A stretch of DNA of 63,573 bases, counting the filler, from Octopus bimaculoides (Eukaryota), in NCBI RefSeq assembly GCF_001194135.2. It is 5 parts of 5 records of this genome, joined end to end, with 100 filler letters (N's around TTAATTAATTAA, not from the genome) between each part and the next. Parts side by side here need not be neighbours in the genome. Positions count along the whole stretch, not along the records: positions 25,584 to 53,761 come from NC_068988.1; 4 more parts are not named here. The stretch is one strand, 5' to 3'. Under the pieces are notes generated by a model. The model saw only the letters and a program-made list of their open reading frames with translations, ran no database searches and was not told the origin of the DNA. This document shows, piece by piece, positions 37,758 through 50,130 of the stretch; position 1 is the first letter of the stretch; each line of letters opens with the position of its first letter. Made by a program: the position numbers and the translations under genes.

Positions 37758-38187
37758 CAGAGGTCGTTGACTTACGACCACAGTTGGTTCCGTTAGTCGA
37801 TTTGGTCGTAAGTCGGCCTCTAGGCCTACATAGCTTTGTTTCATATTTTTCCATTCTTAAGGTACATTCTCAGGTAAAAGTCACACACAGCATTCTGTAT
37901 TATACCATTATACTGGCGTTAGTCAAAATTTTCGGAGTCTCATGCAGTTGTCTTATAAACAGATACAAGGTTGCCTCTATGTCTCCACGACAGGATAGTG
38001 ATCCAACACAGTGGCGATCGATAACCGAGGGGAAGCGTTTGATAGCTGACATCATCTGTAGACGGGTTAAAGAAATTAAACCCATTAGATTTCAACTGGA
38101 CTATTATTGCTGCTGGGAACTGGCGCGCCAATCTTTGTAAAGTCGATCGGTCGTAAGTCGGATAGGTCGTAAGTCGACGACAACCTG
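37758..38187. mobile_element. pogo/Tigger-like MITE
   Basis: Imperfect ~23-bp TIRs CAGAGGTCGTTGACTTACGACC ... GGTCGTAAGTCGACGACAACCTG followed by TA; subterminal ggtcgtaagtcg repeats. Confidence 0.75.
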
Positions 38188-38858
38188 TATGTATATATTT
38201 CTAGTATATATAAATCACAGTATGTATAATGACTAACGCATACATTTCCACAATTCTCAATCTATTTCCACCAAACTTTAGACACACATTACTTATGTCC
38301 CAAGGATGGTCATGCACTAAACATTTTGCCCAGAGCTCCCACGTAAATGAACCTAAATGGACATAATTTTTTTGTATATAGGGCCTTCCATACTTTTGGA
38401 AGGTGAAATGAAACTGGGGAAAGAAGTAGGAGGGGTTGAGCGGTGAAGAAAGAATGTAAAAGATCAATTAGACAAGGCGGGAATTTGGTAGTGTTTAAAA
38501 TATGGAAGACCATAATATGAAAACTAGAAAGAAAGAAAGAATGAAAGAGAAGAGCGGAATACATGAAAGACGTAGCAAGAATTCTTGGCACTTAAGGTTA
38601 TAAAAGTCACAACAAATATTTGTTTGAAGTGTTTATAATCACGCCTATTTCTCTGTCTTTTGTACTCCCACTTTCACTCTCACACACACCTCCCGTTGTC
38701 AACAATTGAACCAAAATATATGCATAGTCGCGTACAGAGAACAACTTGGCGGTTATAAATAAATAAAATGTTTAGGCAGTTAGTTATATCTCTATGCTAT
38801 AAATTGCTTATAACAAACATAGCTAATCAACGTGTCAATGCAAGAAATAACGCAGAAT

Positions 38859-38903
<45 letters not shown>

Positions 38904-39327
38904 NNNNNNNNNNNNNNNNNNNNNNNNNNNNNNNNNNNNNNNNNNNNNNNNNNNNNNNNNNNNNNNNNNNNNNNNNNNNNNNNNNNNNNNNNNNNNNNNN
39001 NNNNNNNNNNNNNNNNNNNNNNNNNNNNNNNNNNNNNNNNNNNNNNNNNNNNNNNNNNNNNNNNNNNNNNNNNNNNNNNNNNNNNNNNNNNNNNNNNNNN
39101 NNNNNNNNNNNNNNNNNNNNNNNNNNNNNNNNNNNNNNNNNNNNNNNNNNNNNNNNNNNNNNNNNNNNNNNNNNNNNNNNNNNNNNNNNNNNNNNNNNNN
39201 NNNNNNNNNNNNNNNNNNNNNNNNNNNNNNNNNNNNNNNNNNNNNNNNNNNNNNNNNNNNNNNNNNNNNNNNNNNNNNNNNNNNNNNNNNNNNNNNNNNN
39301 NNNNNNNNNNNNNNNNNNNNNNNNNNN

Positions 39328-39419
<92 letters not shown>

Positions 39420-40535
39420 ATGTGTGTGTATATGTGAGTGCACGAATATGTGTATGTATATATCGACACGCATATATGCCTAAATGTATGTGTATATATA
39501 TAATATAGCTTCTTACACATATATACTCCCAAATACAAACCCCCACATATATGAGTAAGTATGTGTGTATATGACATATATGAATTCGCATCTCTACGTG
39601 TTTCTCCTCAATCTGAAACTTCCCTTTGTCTCGTACTGTGTATATAACTTGTTATAGATTGTATGTATATATATATATATATNNNNNNNNNNNNNNNNNN
39701 NNNNNNNNNNNNNNNNNNNNNNNNNNNNNNNNNNNNNNNNNNNNNNNNNNNNNNNNNNNNNNNNNNNNTATATATAATTCTTCAGTCTCATATATCCCCC
39801 TCGATCTCCATCTGTGTCTGGTTGATTGTTTCTCATTATACTGAGCATATACACAGAGTCTAAGTTTCTTTCTCCTTCTCCCTCTCTCTCTCTCTCTCTC
39901 TCTCTCCCATGTACACTCAATATGTATATGTATATATATGTGTGTGTGCGTATACCTATGTATATACACGATCTTAAGTAATACCACATGTCGGTTCGTT
40001 TAATACAATCGAACGTTACGGGCAACAGCAATGGTGTCTGTAAGTGGTCGACATTAAACGAATGTCCTTTCTTGGAGGAATCCAGTAAGTCACGTTAATT
40101 TATAACAGCACGAGATGGCCTCCTGCCTGACAATTTTAACAAGATGGGCGGGAGGCACCCACCATCCGACAAAATAATCAATATGCCTGTTTCCATGTAC
40201 CACAACAAATTCTCTTCGCCCTATTCTTTCCCCGCTTAATTTTTTCCTGTCACTCATCTTGCATTATTCATGAATAGCGCTTCAGATATTTATTTCACCA
40301 GTAGAATAAGAATAGTTTATTAAATCTATCCATCCATCCATCCATCCAACTACATATATTTATCATACGTACATGCATATATTTATAAGCTTATTGACTG
40401 TGTGTATATACATTTTTCCTATCTGTCTTTCAACCTACCTGATGCACTATATATGATATAATGCATATATACACACTATAATATAATATAATACAATATA
40501 ATACACACGCACACACATACACATATATACATACG

Positions 40536-40567
<32 letters not shown>

Positions 40568-40765
40568 TATATGTATACACACACACACATATATACATTT
40601 ACACACAAATATATATACATAATTAGAAATAAAGAGATAAATATACGATAAAATTTATTTTATCAATAAAATATTTATATTTAACAACAACTGTTTCGTA
40701 GCTTAATAAACATGTATAAATAATTTATTTTCCTATATTTCATAATAAATATGTATTAATATATG

Positions 40766-40970
40766 CAGTCATCTCTGTACTATCGCGGGGGTTTCGTTCC
40801 CAAACTCCTGCAATAAGTGAAAATCTGCGATGTAGAAACAGTACTGTACTGTATATTTCTTAAAATTATTTTTGTAATTTGTATATATTTATTTTATTAT
40901 AAATGCAAAACAACACCACGGAGGAATCGTTAAATAAGAATTTCCAATGGGCGAATAAATTTTATCGTAT
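40766..40970 (+). mobile_element. pogo/Tigger-like DNA transposon end fragment
   Basis: cagtcatctctgtactatcgcgggggtttcgttcc...gtgaaaatctgcga, a Tigger-type terminus; partner TIR not found. Confidence 0.45.
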
Positions 40971-41669
40971 TTCTCTCGGTATTTATAACTTTATACACTT
41001 CTCCTGTTTTTCTTTTATACCCTACTATATGTCCTGTGTTTTGTACAATAAGACGTTAAGGAGATTCTTTTATGAGTACCATCGGATGAGTTGAATACGT
41101 ATAATGTGACTTAAATTTACACACACACACGCATGCACACGCACACACACACGCACACGCACACGCACACACACACTCTCTCTCTCACACACACGCACAC
41201 ACACACACGCACACACACACACACGCACATACACATACGTATATATATATATATATATGTATATCGTTAGGTAGGTCTCTATATATATATTCCTTTCCCA
41301 TTTCTAACAGAACTGTCCGATGAACGGGAACGTGAAACTCAGAGTAACAGTCTTTTGTTATATTTCTGCTGCTTTTAAATAAAGTATATATATATATATA
41401 TCGTTTAGATTTGTTTACGAGACACGTTTTGAATATGCAAATGAAGCTCCTGTTCCATTATGCCGACCACCACCTAATAATGCTGATCCGTGTACCAGTT
41501 TTTGTGGACGCATCCAGTTGTACCAATATAATGTAGGATAAATATAATAATAATAACAATAACAATAACCCTTGGATGGAATTTATGAATATTTGTTGCA
41601 TCGATACGCGCGTTTCTTCAGAATACATGTTGTATAGAGTTAGTAATGATATATTTTGCCCAACCCATG

Positions 41670-41750
41670 CACTAGCAGAGGCATTTAGATAATTCTAAGT
41701 CCTCTGAGTCTAAAATAATCCTGAAAAACAAAAATTCCATCCAGTAAAAC
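41670..41750 (+). mobile_element. possible LINE 3' UTR preceding (TAA)n
   Basis: acccatgcac...gataattctaagtcctctgagtctaaaat...aaattccatccag..ataataat; assignment is inference only. Confidence 0.3.
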
Positions 41751-41803
41751 TTGATAATAATCGGGGCCGTTTCAAGGAGTGGTTTTTATTCACGCCTAAA
41801 CGC

Positions 41804-42009
<206 letters not shown>

Positions 42010-43150
42010 NNNNNNNNNNNNNNNNNNNNNNNNNNNNNNNNNNNNNNNNNNNNNNNNNNNNNNNNNNNNNNNNNNNNNNNNNNNNNNNNNNNNNNNNNNN
42101 NNNNNNNNNNNNNNNNNNNNNNNNNNNNNNNNNNNNNNNNNNNNNNNNNNNNNNNNNNNNNNNNNNNNNNNNNNNNNNNNNNNNNNNNNNNNNNNNNNNN
42201 NNNNNNNNNNNNNNNNNNNNNNNNNNNNNNNNNNNNNNNNNNNNNNNNNNNNNNNNNNNNNNNNNNNNNNNNNNNNNNNNNNNNNNNNNNNNNNNNNNNN
42301 NNNNNNNNNNNNNNNNNNNNNNNNNNNNNNNNNNNNNNNNNNNNNNNNNNNNNNNNNNNNNNNNNNNNNNNNNNNNNNNNNNNNNNNNNNNNNNNNNNNN
42401 NNNNNNNNNNNNNNNNNNNNNNNNNNNNNNNNNNNNNNNNNNNNNNNNNNNNNNNNNNNNNNNNNNNNNNNNNNNNNNNNNNNNNNNNNNNNNNNNNNNN
42501 NNNNNNNNNNNNNNNNNNNNNNNNNNNNNNNNNNNNNNNNNNNNNNNNNNNNNNNNNNNNNNNNNNNNNNNNNNNNNNNNNNNNNNNNNNNNNNNNNNNN
42601 NNNNNNNNNNNNNNNNNNNNNNNNNNNNNNNNNNNNNNNNNNNNNNTATATATATATATATATATATATATCTTTGTGTGCGTGAGTGTGCTTGTGTGTG
42701 AACACACGTATGTATGCATGTGTATGTATATTTGTGTGTGTTGAGCATTACGTCCATCTAAACACTAATGATATTATCGAATAAACTACTAGCAAACAAA
42801 TGCAGAGCCGGCAGTAGAACCCACTTAACTATCGCTCGCCACTTGACAGCTTTACCGATTATATACTTAATTAAAAAAGATTGCGTACACCAACTCCATG
42901 AGGTATAGTCGTTAACCGCAATTAGTATATAGAATTATATGAACTTATACCTATACACTCTCACCCACAAATAATATTACCATTATATGGTCTTGACGAA
43001 ACAATAATGTTGCCAGTTTCTAGCATCCTCATGGAATTATGGTCATCAGAGCGCTAGCCAGATTTATCGAACGAGAATGTTAACATATAAATGTAAACTT
43101 TATATAATTGTAATATAAAATATTTGACATACGAGCATTACCCAATTATC

Positions 43151-43192
<42 letters not shown>

Positions 43193-43446
43193 NNNNNNNN
43201 NNNNNNNNNNNNNNNNNNNNNNNNNNNNNNNNNNNNNNNNNNNNNNNNNNNNNNNNNNNNNACACACATTCTCGCCTTTCTTTATTAATGAAGCTATCGC
43301 TGCTACTTCGCTACCACCACAATGCTGAATCTGTGTTTTTACAATTTCACGCCACTTCCTGTTCCTCATTGAAAGCTTTGGGACTTTCTGCCATTCTGTT
43401 TCTTTTCTCTATCACTATCTGTTATTTTCTTTCTTACTACAATGCA

Positions 43447-43543
<97 letters not shown>

Positions 43544-45525
43544 ACTTACTCTTTCTCACATAGTTCTTTTTTATCTCTTCGCTACTCTCTTAGTATCAAA
43601 ACTTCTTTTACTTCTCAATTGACGACGAATTGGTATTCCTCGCCATGCAACATCATTGACTAATATAAAAAGATGTTGGGGGCCATAGCACCGACGAGAA
43701 ATAGCCAAAGCCACAAATAATTCCTACTGTTATTGTTCCTTATTCTGTAGAACTTTAAAATTCATTAGAAACGTCAGATCTATCACTACACAAATACGGA
43801 CTTCAGTTAAAAATAAAGGATCGTCAATAATGTTGCTGCAAAATATACATCAACGCGACTGTATCTCATCGAGATCCCTAATCTTACTGGATGCACTAAA
43901 AGAGAGAGATTTATCCATGACGAGAATTCTACTCATATCAATGAATGTGATCTTTCGATCTAAAAGAAAATCCAAGTCTTAACATAACATTCAATAAATC
44001 CCAAGGGTCAACATAAATTGATGCTGGACTACACGTTGAGGAATATTGTTTTTGCAAGTGATCAGTTTTGTGTAGAATGCTCAAGTATTTGAAATCCTCG
44101 TGATCTCTTTAATTATGCGTCTGCTGGTAAAACGAAAACCATTGTAGACCCTGGGGCCTTGACATGACATTGCAGACCCTGAGATATTGATATGGCAATT
44201 TTCACAGCTTTGGAAATTCTTGTTAAAGCTATGAATGCTGATCGAATATCGTATAATTTGGGATTTATAACAACTTCTGGTATAATTTCCTTATCATTTC
44301 AAGTATTGCCATGATAAGGATATATGAGGTAAAGATTTTAAAGAATGCAAGGTTATGTAAATATTTTCCCATTTACTTAGCCATGTGTTCTTAATTTGTT
44401 TGAATTACTATTTGTCTCTGACGCCATTAAATTATAAAATACGCTATTAATAGTGTTATTCCAGCGAAGGTCACCTCGCAGCAGTGGTGGCATGCTATCA
44501 GCCAGTGGGATGTGATGACAGTAGAGATTTGCTACTGATGAAGCTGAAAGAAGCAGAAATCTAGATGTAGCAATGCCACCACTGCTAATAGGTAACCTTC
44601 GCCTGCTGCTGTGTTTGTTTTCTGTTCCTTTCAGTAATCTTCTGAATTTGAACCTCCTCTTTCTGTCTTCCATTTCGTTTTCCGAGTCCGTTATTCCTGC
44701 GAGTCCCGGAAAACTATAGATCAAGGGAGGCAACTGAAAAGTGTTTAGTGCTGGATGTAGTGACTGAGATAGGATATTGTTGGTTGGAGGAGGCGAGACA
44801 GATGTATCTAGAATGTGTGGCTGGAGTTGATATGATGTTTGGTAATTCAGTGGAACAGATGCCGTTGTAATAGCAATACAAGAAGCAGAGTGGGGAATAG
44901 CGTGCTTGTAAATCAGCAATTATTTCATATTAATGAAACAATGTTAAGAAACAATGTGTCAGAGATTCAGTGGTTGTAATCTGTGAGTGAATCCTCGTTA
45001 AGAAATGGCCTCGGATATTTGCGTGTAGCAACAGCATTTCTCTTACACTTTTCTATGTCGATGTGGATGCAATTTTTTTCTTTCTTTCCTCGTCATCGTC
45101 ATCGTCTCTCCCTCGTTCAGTTCTCTTATAATCAGCCACACAATATCTATAACTCTTGAAGTAAACCGCTACTTCTTACTACTTCTCTCAATCAAGCTTC
45201 CATCTCTTCTTTCTATCATGTCACAAAAAGACGCTTTTGCCTGCTTTTCTTCTACCCGGCCTCCTCGAGAAACAGAACATGAGCAGAACACAATTATAGA
45301 GAGGAAGCCAGTTCATTGGCAGTTAGGATGAAGTAGAAGTAGCGACAGCAGAAGTAAAAGCGGAAGTGGGAAGTTGTGGCCGCAATGTAACAATAAAGAC
45401 GATAGCCAAAGGACAAATTAGATAAATGTAAGGAAACAGAAATGAAATCCAAGAATTTACTTCTTTTTATTATTAAGAAATTTAAAGCAAGGAAATTTGA
45501 TAGAAAAAAATTAATCTCTCTCTCC

Positions 45526-45557
<32 letters not shown>

Positions 45558-45560
45558 CCC

Positions 45561-45601
<41 letters not shown>

Positions 45602-45716
45602 TATATAAATATGTGCGTGTGCGTGTGCGTGTGTGTGTGTGCACTTTTTATATGCATGTATGTGTGTATATGCACATATAAGTATATACATGCAAATACA
45701 TATGAAAACGTATTTA

Positions 45717-46250
45717 CAGGGTGCGGTGAATAAATTGTCGTCTAAATTACGCAAAGATGAAAATAACACTGACATCTCATTTTAACAGATATATTTACCA
45801 AAATTGCATAAAAATATCTTGAAATACTAAAGAGTAAATGTATTCAATAAAATCGCTATTGGCTTCAACCACAGTGTCCAGGCGACTTCGGAATCTCCTG
45901 CAACTATTCTGGACGGTTTAAGATGTAAATGCCGCCAAAATCTTTGCCTTCAGTTCATCTTTGGTGTTACAAGGAGTTTTGTTGGTCTCTTTCTCAACTC
46001 CGTCCCACACATAATAATCAAGGGGGTTGCAGCCTGGGGAGTTAGATGGCCAGATGTTACGGGTGATGTGGTCGCAGAAATTGTCTGACAGCGATAGTCT
46101 GAGTTCTCCTGCAGAGTCCTGTTGCCAGACAAAGGGTCTTCCAGCAGCCACCCTCTTCACTCAGGGCAGCACGATCTCATCCAGGCACTTGATGTAGGCA
46201 TTCGTGTTGAATGTGAGGCCGTGTTGGAAGATGAATGCAACAGAACCAAA
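45717..46250 (-). mobile_element. Tc1/mariner-superfamily transposon 3' end
   Basis: Minus strand reads FVWQQDSA...IWPSNSPGCNPLDYYVW (WQQD and WP.NSPD.NPLDY motifs). Terminus TA|CAGGGTGCGGTGAATAAATTG at 45715-45737. Confidence 0.88.
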
Positions 46251-47149
46251 TGAAAATCTACGTAATATTAGCGGTTTTACATTTCAGAAGGAAACTTCAT
46301 CAGACTTGGATCAAAGGTGCGCTTTCATATTGTTTATTTGCCAGGTCTTTCTTTTTTTGATTATATTGCGATCAAATATATATATATAAAGATAAAAATG
46401 AAAATAAATTTTTATAATGTAAACAATAACTGTTTTGTAATGCACTGCTTCAAAAGATCTTTTGAAACAAGATTTTTCAAGTGCAATTTTACCATTCATA
46501 CGGTTCTTCCTGCGCAGAAAAAATAAATTTTATTTAAGTATACGCTCTCGTAATGAAATGTGTTGAGAGAAATATATACTATAACTGCACATGTGCACGC
46601 GCGCACACACACACACGCACACGAACAGGCGCATACGTGCATATGCATGTAAACACACCCATTGGCATTCTTGTACAAATATATTCATTTAAGATAACCT
46701 AATTTTCATACTCATATATATATATATATATATANNNNNNNNNNNNNNNNNNNNNNNNNNNNNNNNNNNNNNNNNNNNNNNNNNNNNNNNNNNNNNNNNN
46801 NNNNNNNNNNNNNNNNNNNNNNNNNNNNNNNNNNNNNNNNNNNNNNNNNNNNNNNNNNNNNNNNNNNNNNNNNNNNNNNNNNNNNNNNNNNNNNNNNNNN
46901 NNNNNNNNNNNNNNNNNNNNNNNNNNNNNNNNNNNNNNNNNNNNNNNNNNNNNNNNNNNNNNNNNNNNNNNNNNNNNNNNNNNNNNNNNNNNNNNNNNNN
47001 NNNNNNNNNNNNNNNNNNNNNNNNNNNNNNNNNNNNNNNNTATATATATATATATATATATCACACACACACTCATATGATATATGTGTATGAAATATAC
47101 ATATACAAACACATTATTATGATTGACCGCTGACTGAACACTTTTCAAT

Positions 47150-47310
47150 TTTTTTTCTCCGTGTTTTTCTCCTTGTCTCCGTATTCTTTCTGTTGAAGAG
47201 CGTAGCTCGAAACGTCAAAGACTTTCCGTATTCCCGAGCGTCATACTAATATATACTTTTGTTATTTACACCACCTGTCCTCGTCTGTTGTTATTATTTG
47301 TATATTCTCC
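47150..47310 (+). mobile_element. repeat carrying a variant minimal hammerhead (same family as 23200-23355)
   Basis: Alignable by eye to 23200-23355. Confidence 0.55.
47185..47221 (+). ncRNA. variant minimal hammerhead-like motif (A6U)
   Basis: TCTTT-CTGTTGA-A-GAGC[GTA]GCTC-GAAA-CGT-C-AAAGA. Stems I and II are perfect and the cleavage triplet is GUC, but core A6 is replaced. Confidence 0.55.
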
Positions 47311-48334
47311 CATATATATATATATACATACACACACACATAAATGTAAATATATATTTACATGGATACAGATATACATTCGCTCCAATGTATGCATGCA
47401 TGCATTTAGACGCACACACACACGCACGCACACACACACACACACACACACTCATATGATATATGTGTATGAAATATACATATACAAACACATACGTAAC
47501 GTACAAACATGTATGTACACACACTTTCTATTCAAGCGTAACATATAAACGCCCATATATAAAGGCAGACAAAATATTTTGAGACATATTTACAGATGCA
47601 CACATAAATTAAGTCCACATAGAAACAGCATATACATTACTAAAGAAAGCATTAAGATTGTGAAATGCTTAAATATTTAATCCTATCAAAACAAAAGCAT
47701 TTTCACTTTTGAGGCTGGAATAATGCAGACGATTGAAAATGATGGATGCCAGATGCAGGGCTCCAGGGTGGATAGCGTTAAGATCATTTCATGATATGTC
47801 TGAATTTCTTGACGTTTTCCAGTCGCTGAACTCTTGTTTTGGCCGATTGGTCACCTCCTAGTGTACACTCGATTGCAAAGTGGAAATCAAAGTTGCTCTG
47901 GGAGGATTTCATACACAAGAGGAAAAGTAAATGAAAGAGAACAAAGCTATTCTGTTCGATGCTCTATCGTCTACATGTCTCTATACATCCAAGCAATCGC
48001 GAAAAAGGACACCCAAATGACTGCCATAAAGTCACTCAGATGCACACCGTTTTGAATGCCATTAGAACGAAAAATAAGTCTCTATGAAACACACACACAC
48101 ACACACACACATGGACTAAGCGGAGCAGGAGCACCCACGAGTATGGAAAGTGTCACTGAAGAGGTGAATTATTCAAACCCCAGAGAATTTCTGTCAACAT
48201 ATGGCTATGATGCTCCTCCACTACTGTTTGTGATCAGGGATGCACATATTGTCAGCCACTAAGGGACATGTTCAACTGGTTAAGATCAAACAACTGACAA
48301 ACAAACCCGTGCTGTAGCCCATCATTTATACAAT

Positions 48335-48640
48335 AGGGTCTCATACCTTGTTGTCAGCTGGACATGCTATATCTATGATCCAGCATAGTCTGTTTTCTTT
48401 CTCAATTAAGACTATGTCCGGCTTTCTATTCTCTATCTCATGGTCGCACTGAATCATAAAATCCCATAGGATCTTTGCATTTCCATTTTCGACCTTCAAG
48501 TTTGTGGTCGTACCAAGTTTTTGCTCAGTAAGTCCATACTTGTTGCAAAGTGTCCAATGGACAAGCCTGGCTATATTGTCGTGGTGTCTCTTATATTCCT
48601 TCTGGGCTAGTGGCATACATTGGCTGGTAATATGCCATAT
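48335..48640 (-). mobile_element. R4/Dong-like LINE fragment (REL endonuclease)
   Basis: LAQKEYKRHHDNIARLVHW...KILWDFMIQCDHEIENRKPDIVLIEKENRLCWIIDIACPAD. Confidence 0.85.
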
Positions 48641-48642
48641 CT

Positions 48643-48818
48643 TTAATGGTTAATGTTACTGCTCGCTTACAGATTGTATTTTTAATGGTTTATCTTACTG
48701 CTCGCTTACAGATTGTATTTTTAATGGTTTATCTTACTGATCGCTTACAGATTGTATTTTTAATGGTTTATCTTACTGATCGCTTACAGATCGTATTTTT
48801 AATGGTTAATGTTACCTT
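48643..48818. repeat. 39-bp minisatellite, ~4.5 copies
   Basis: Unit tatttttaatggtttatcttactg(c/a)tcgcttacagattg. Confidence 0.95.
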
Positions 48819-48965
48819 GATGATTTCTTTCTGTGAAAGCCCTAGTTTATCCAGATTGTCACTTAGGCATTTGCTCACAAAACTAAGTGTACCATCACCA
48901 AATACTATTGTTATAAATGTGCATACAAAAGCTGGAGATTTCTAAGCAATTTTTGTCTGTTCTTA
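48815..48965 (-). mobile_element. REL-type LINE C-terminal fragment
   Basis: Similar to 24900-25010 (gtcacttaggcattt, ttatcca). Confidence 0.6.
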
Positions 48966-50065
48966 TCCTTCTTCTCTTTGATTTTCAAACAAACATTCAC
49001 ATCAGCAGGGCAGCTAATCTCTATGACGGTACACGCTTTTTCCTTGTTTCTCCCAACTTCAATTTGTCTGCCCCAACGATTCTTAGTTGTGTATGTGTGT
49101 GCGTGCGTGTGTTGTATATTTTCCTATATTTATACATTTATGAATGCGTGTTAATACTTGTGTCAGCGTATAGGTGTGTTGGCGTTGCTTTACGCTTCTC
49201 TTTCTGGGTGTATATGTTTATTTATATACATGTATTCTTGTTGCTTCTTTGCGCGTAATGTATGAGCGTACGTATTCTCTGTACGGATAGATATATCAGG
49301 TTGCTTGTATCTGTTTGTATATAAATGTGTATATCGTATATGTACACTCGCGTTTGTATGTAAATGTGCTGTGTGTATACGTACTGCGTGGATTGTCGCG
49401 CGCGCGCGTGAATGCAGGCATATGTGCAGAAGGATTTGTGCAGCAGTTTTATATTTGCAAGCCATTGCCGGAGTATATCTCTGTTTGGTGAATCTATTTG
49501 CGGGTTTACCTTCTTACACACATTCTGTACTTATGGAGAATCTAACGGTAGAATCCGCTCACGTGTTCGTCTCGGCATTATCTCTGTATCTGCACATTTG
49601 TATGTTTACAGTATTTTGTTCTCTACGTTCCTATTCACATCTGCTGCTGTTCGCCTGTGCATTTGTGTACAAAGCTGCTTAATTTTGCCTGCGTTTCTCA
49701 ACTCTTCTCCTGTTACTTTTTATATTCGTCCTTGTGTGTTATTCTATACGCTCTGGTCGCTTTCTCTGCCTTACTCCCTCACCTGATATACACATGGCCA
49801 TTGACATTTTTATGCCATTATTTCTCTACATTTCCACTTACAGAATTATTTAGACTCGTTTACGACTCACTTTTTTAAAAATATTTTCCCTGCTACCTCT
49901 GTTCATTAATATATTCTTTCTCGGGACATCCGTGTTGATTATTATCTCCCTTGCAACAGCCCTTCAACTTCCTGTTAGTTTCTTCTGAGTTGTTTCCTGT
50001 TTGTCAAAAATTCGAAATAAATTTATAGCGCGCTAAACAGCGCTTCTGGATAATTTGAAATCTAA

Positions 50066-50130
50066 GTTCTTCTTCTTCTTCTTCTTCTTCTTCTTCTTCT
50101 TCTTCTTCTTCTTCTTCTTCTTCTTCTTCT
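50066..50130. repeat. (TTC)n microsatellite
   Basis: Direct inspection. Confidence 0.95.

Noticed and set aside
44535-44549. CTGATGA-AGCT-GAAA
   Set aside because: No room for stem II, and no stem III or stem I; chance match.
46280-46303. CTGATGA...GAAA on the minus strand
   Set aside because: Only 2 bp of stem II and no NUH or stem I.
48643-48818. CRISPR-like array
   Set aside because: Head-to-tail repeats without unique spacers, in eukaryotic DNA; it is a minisatellite.
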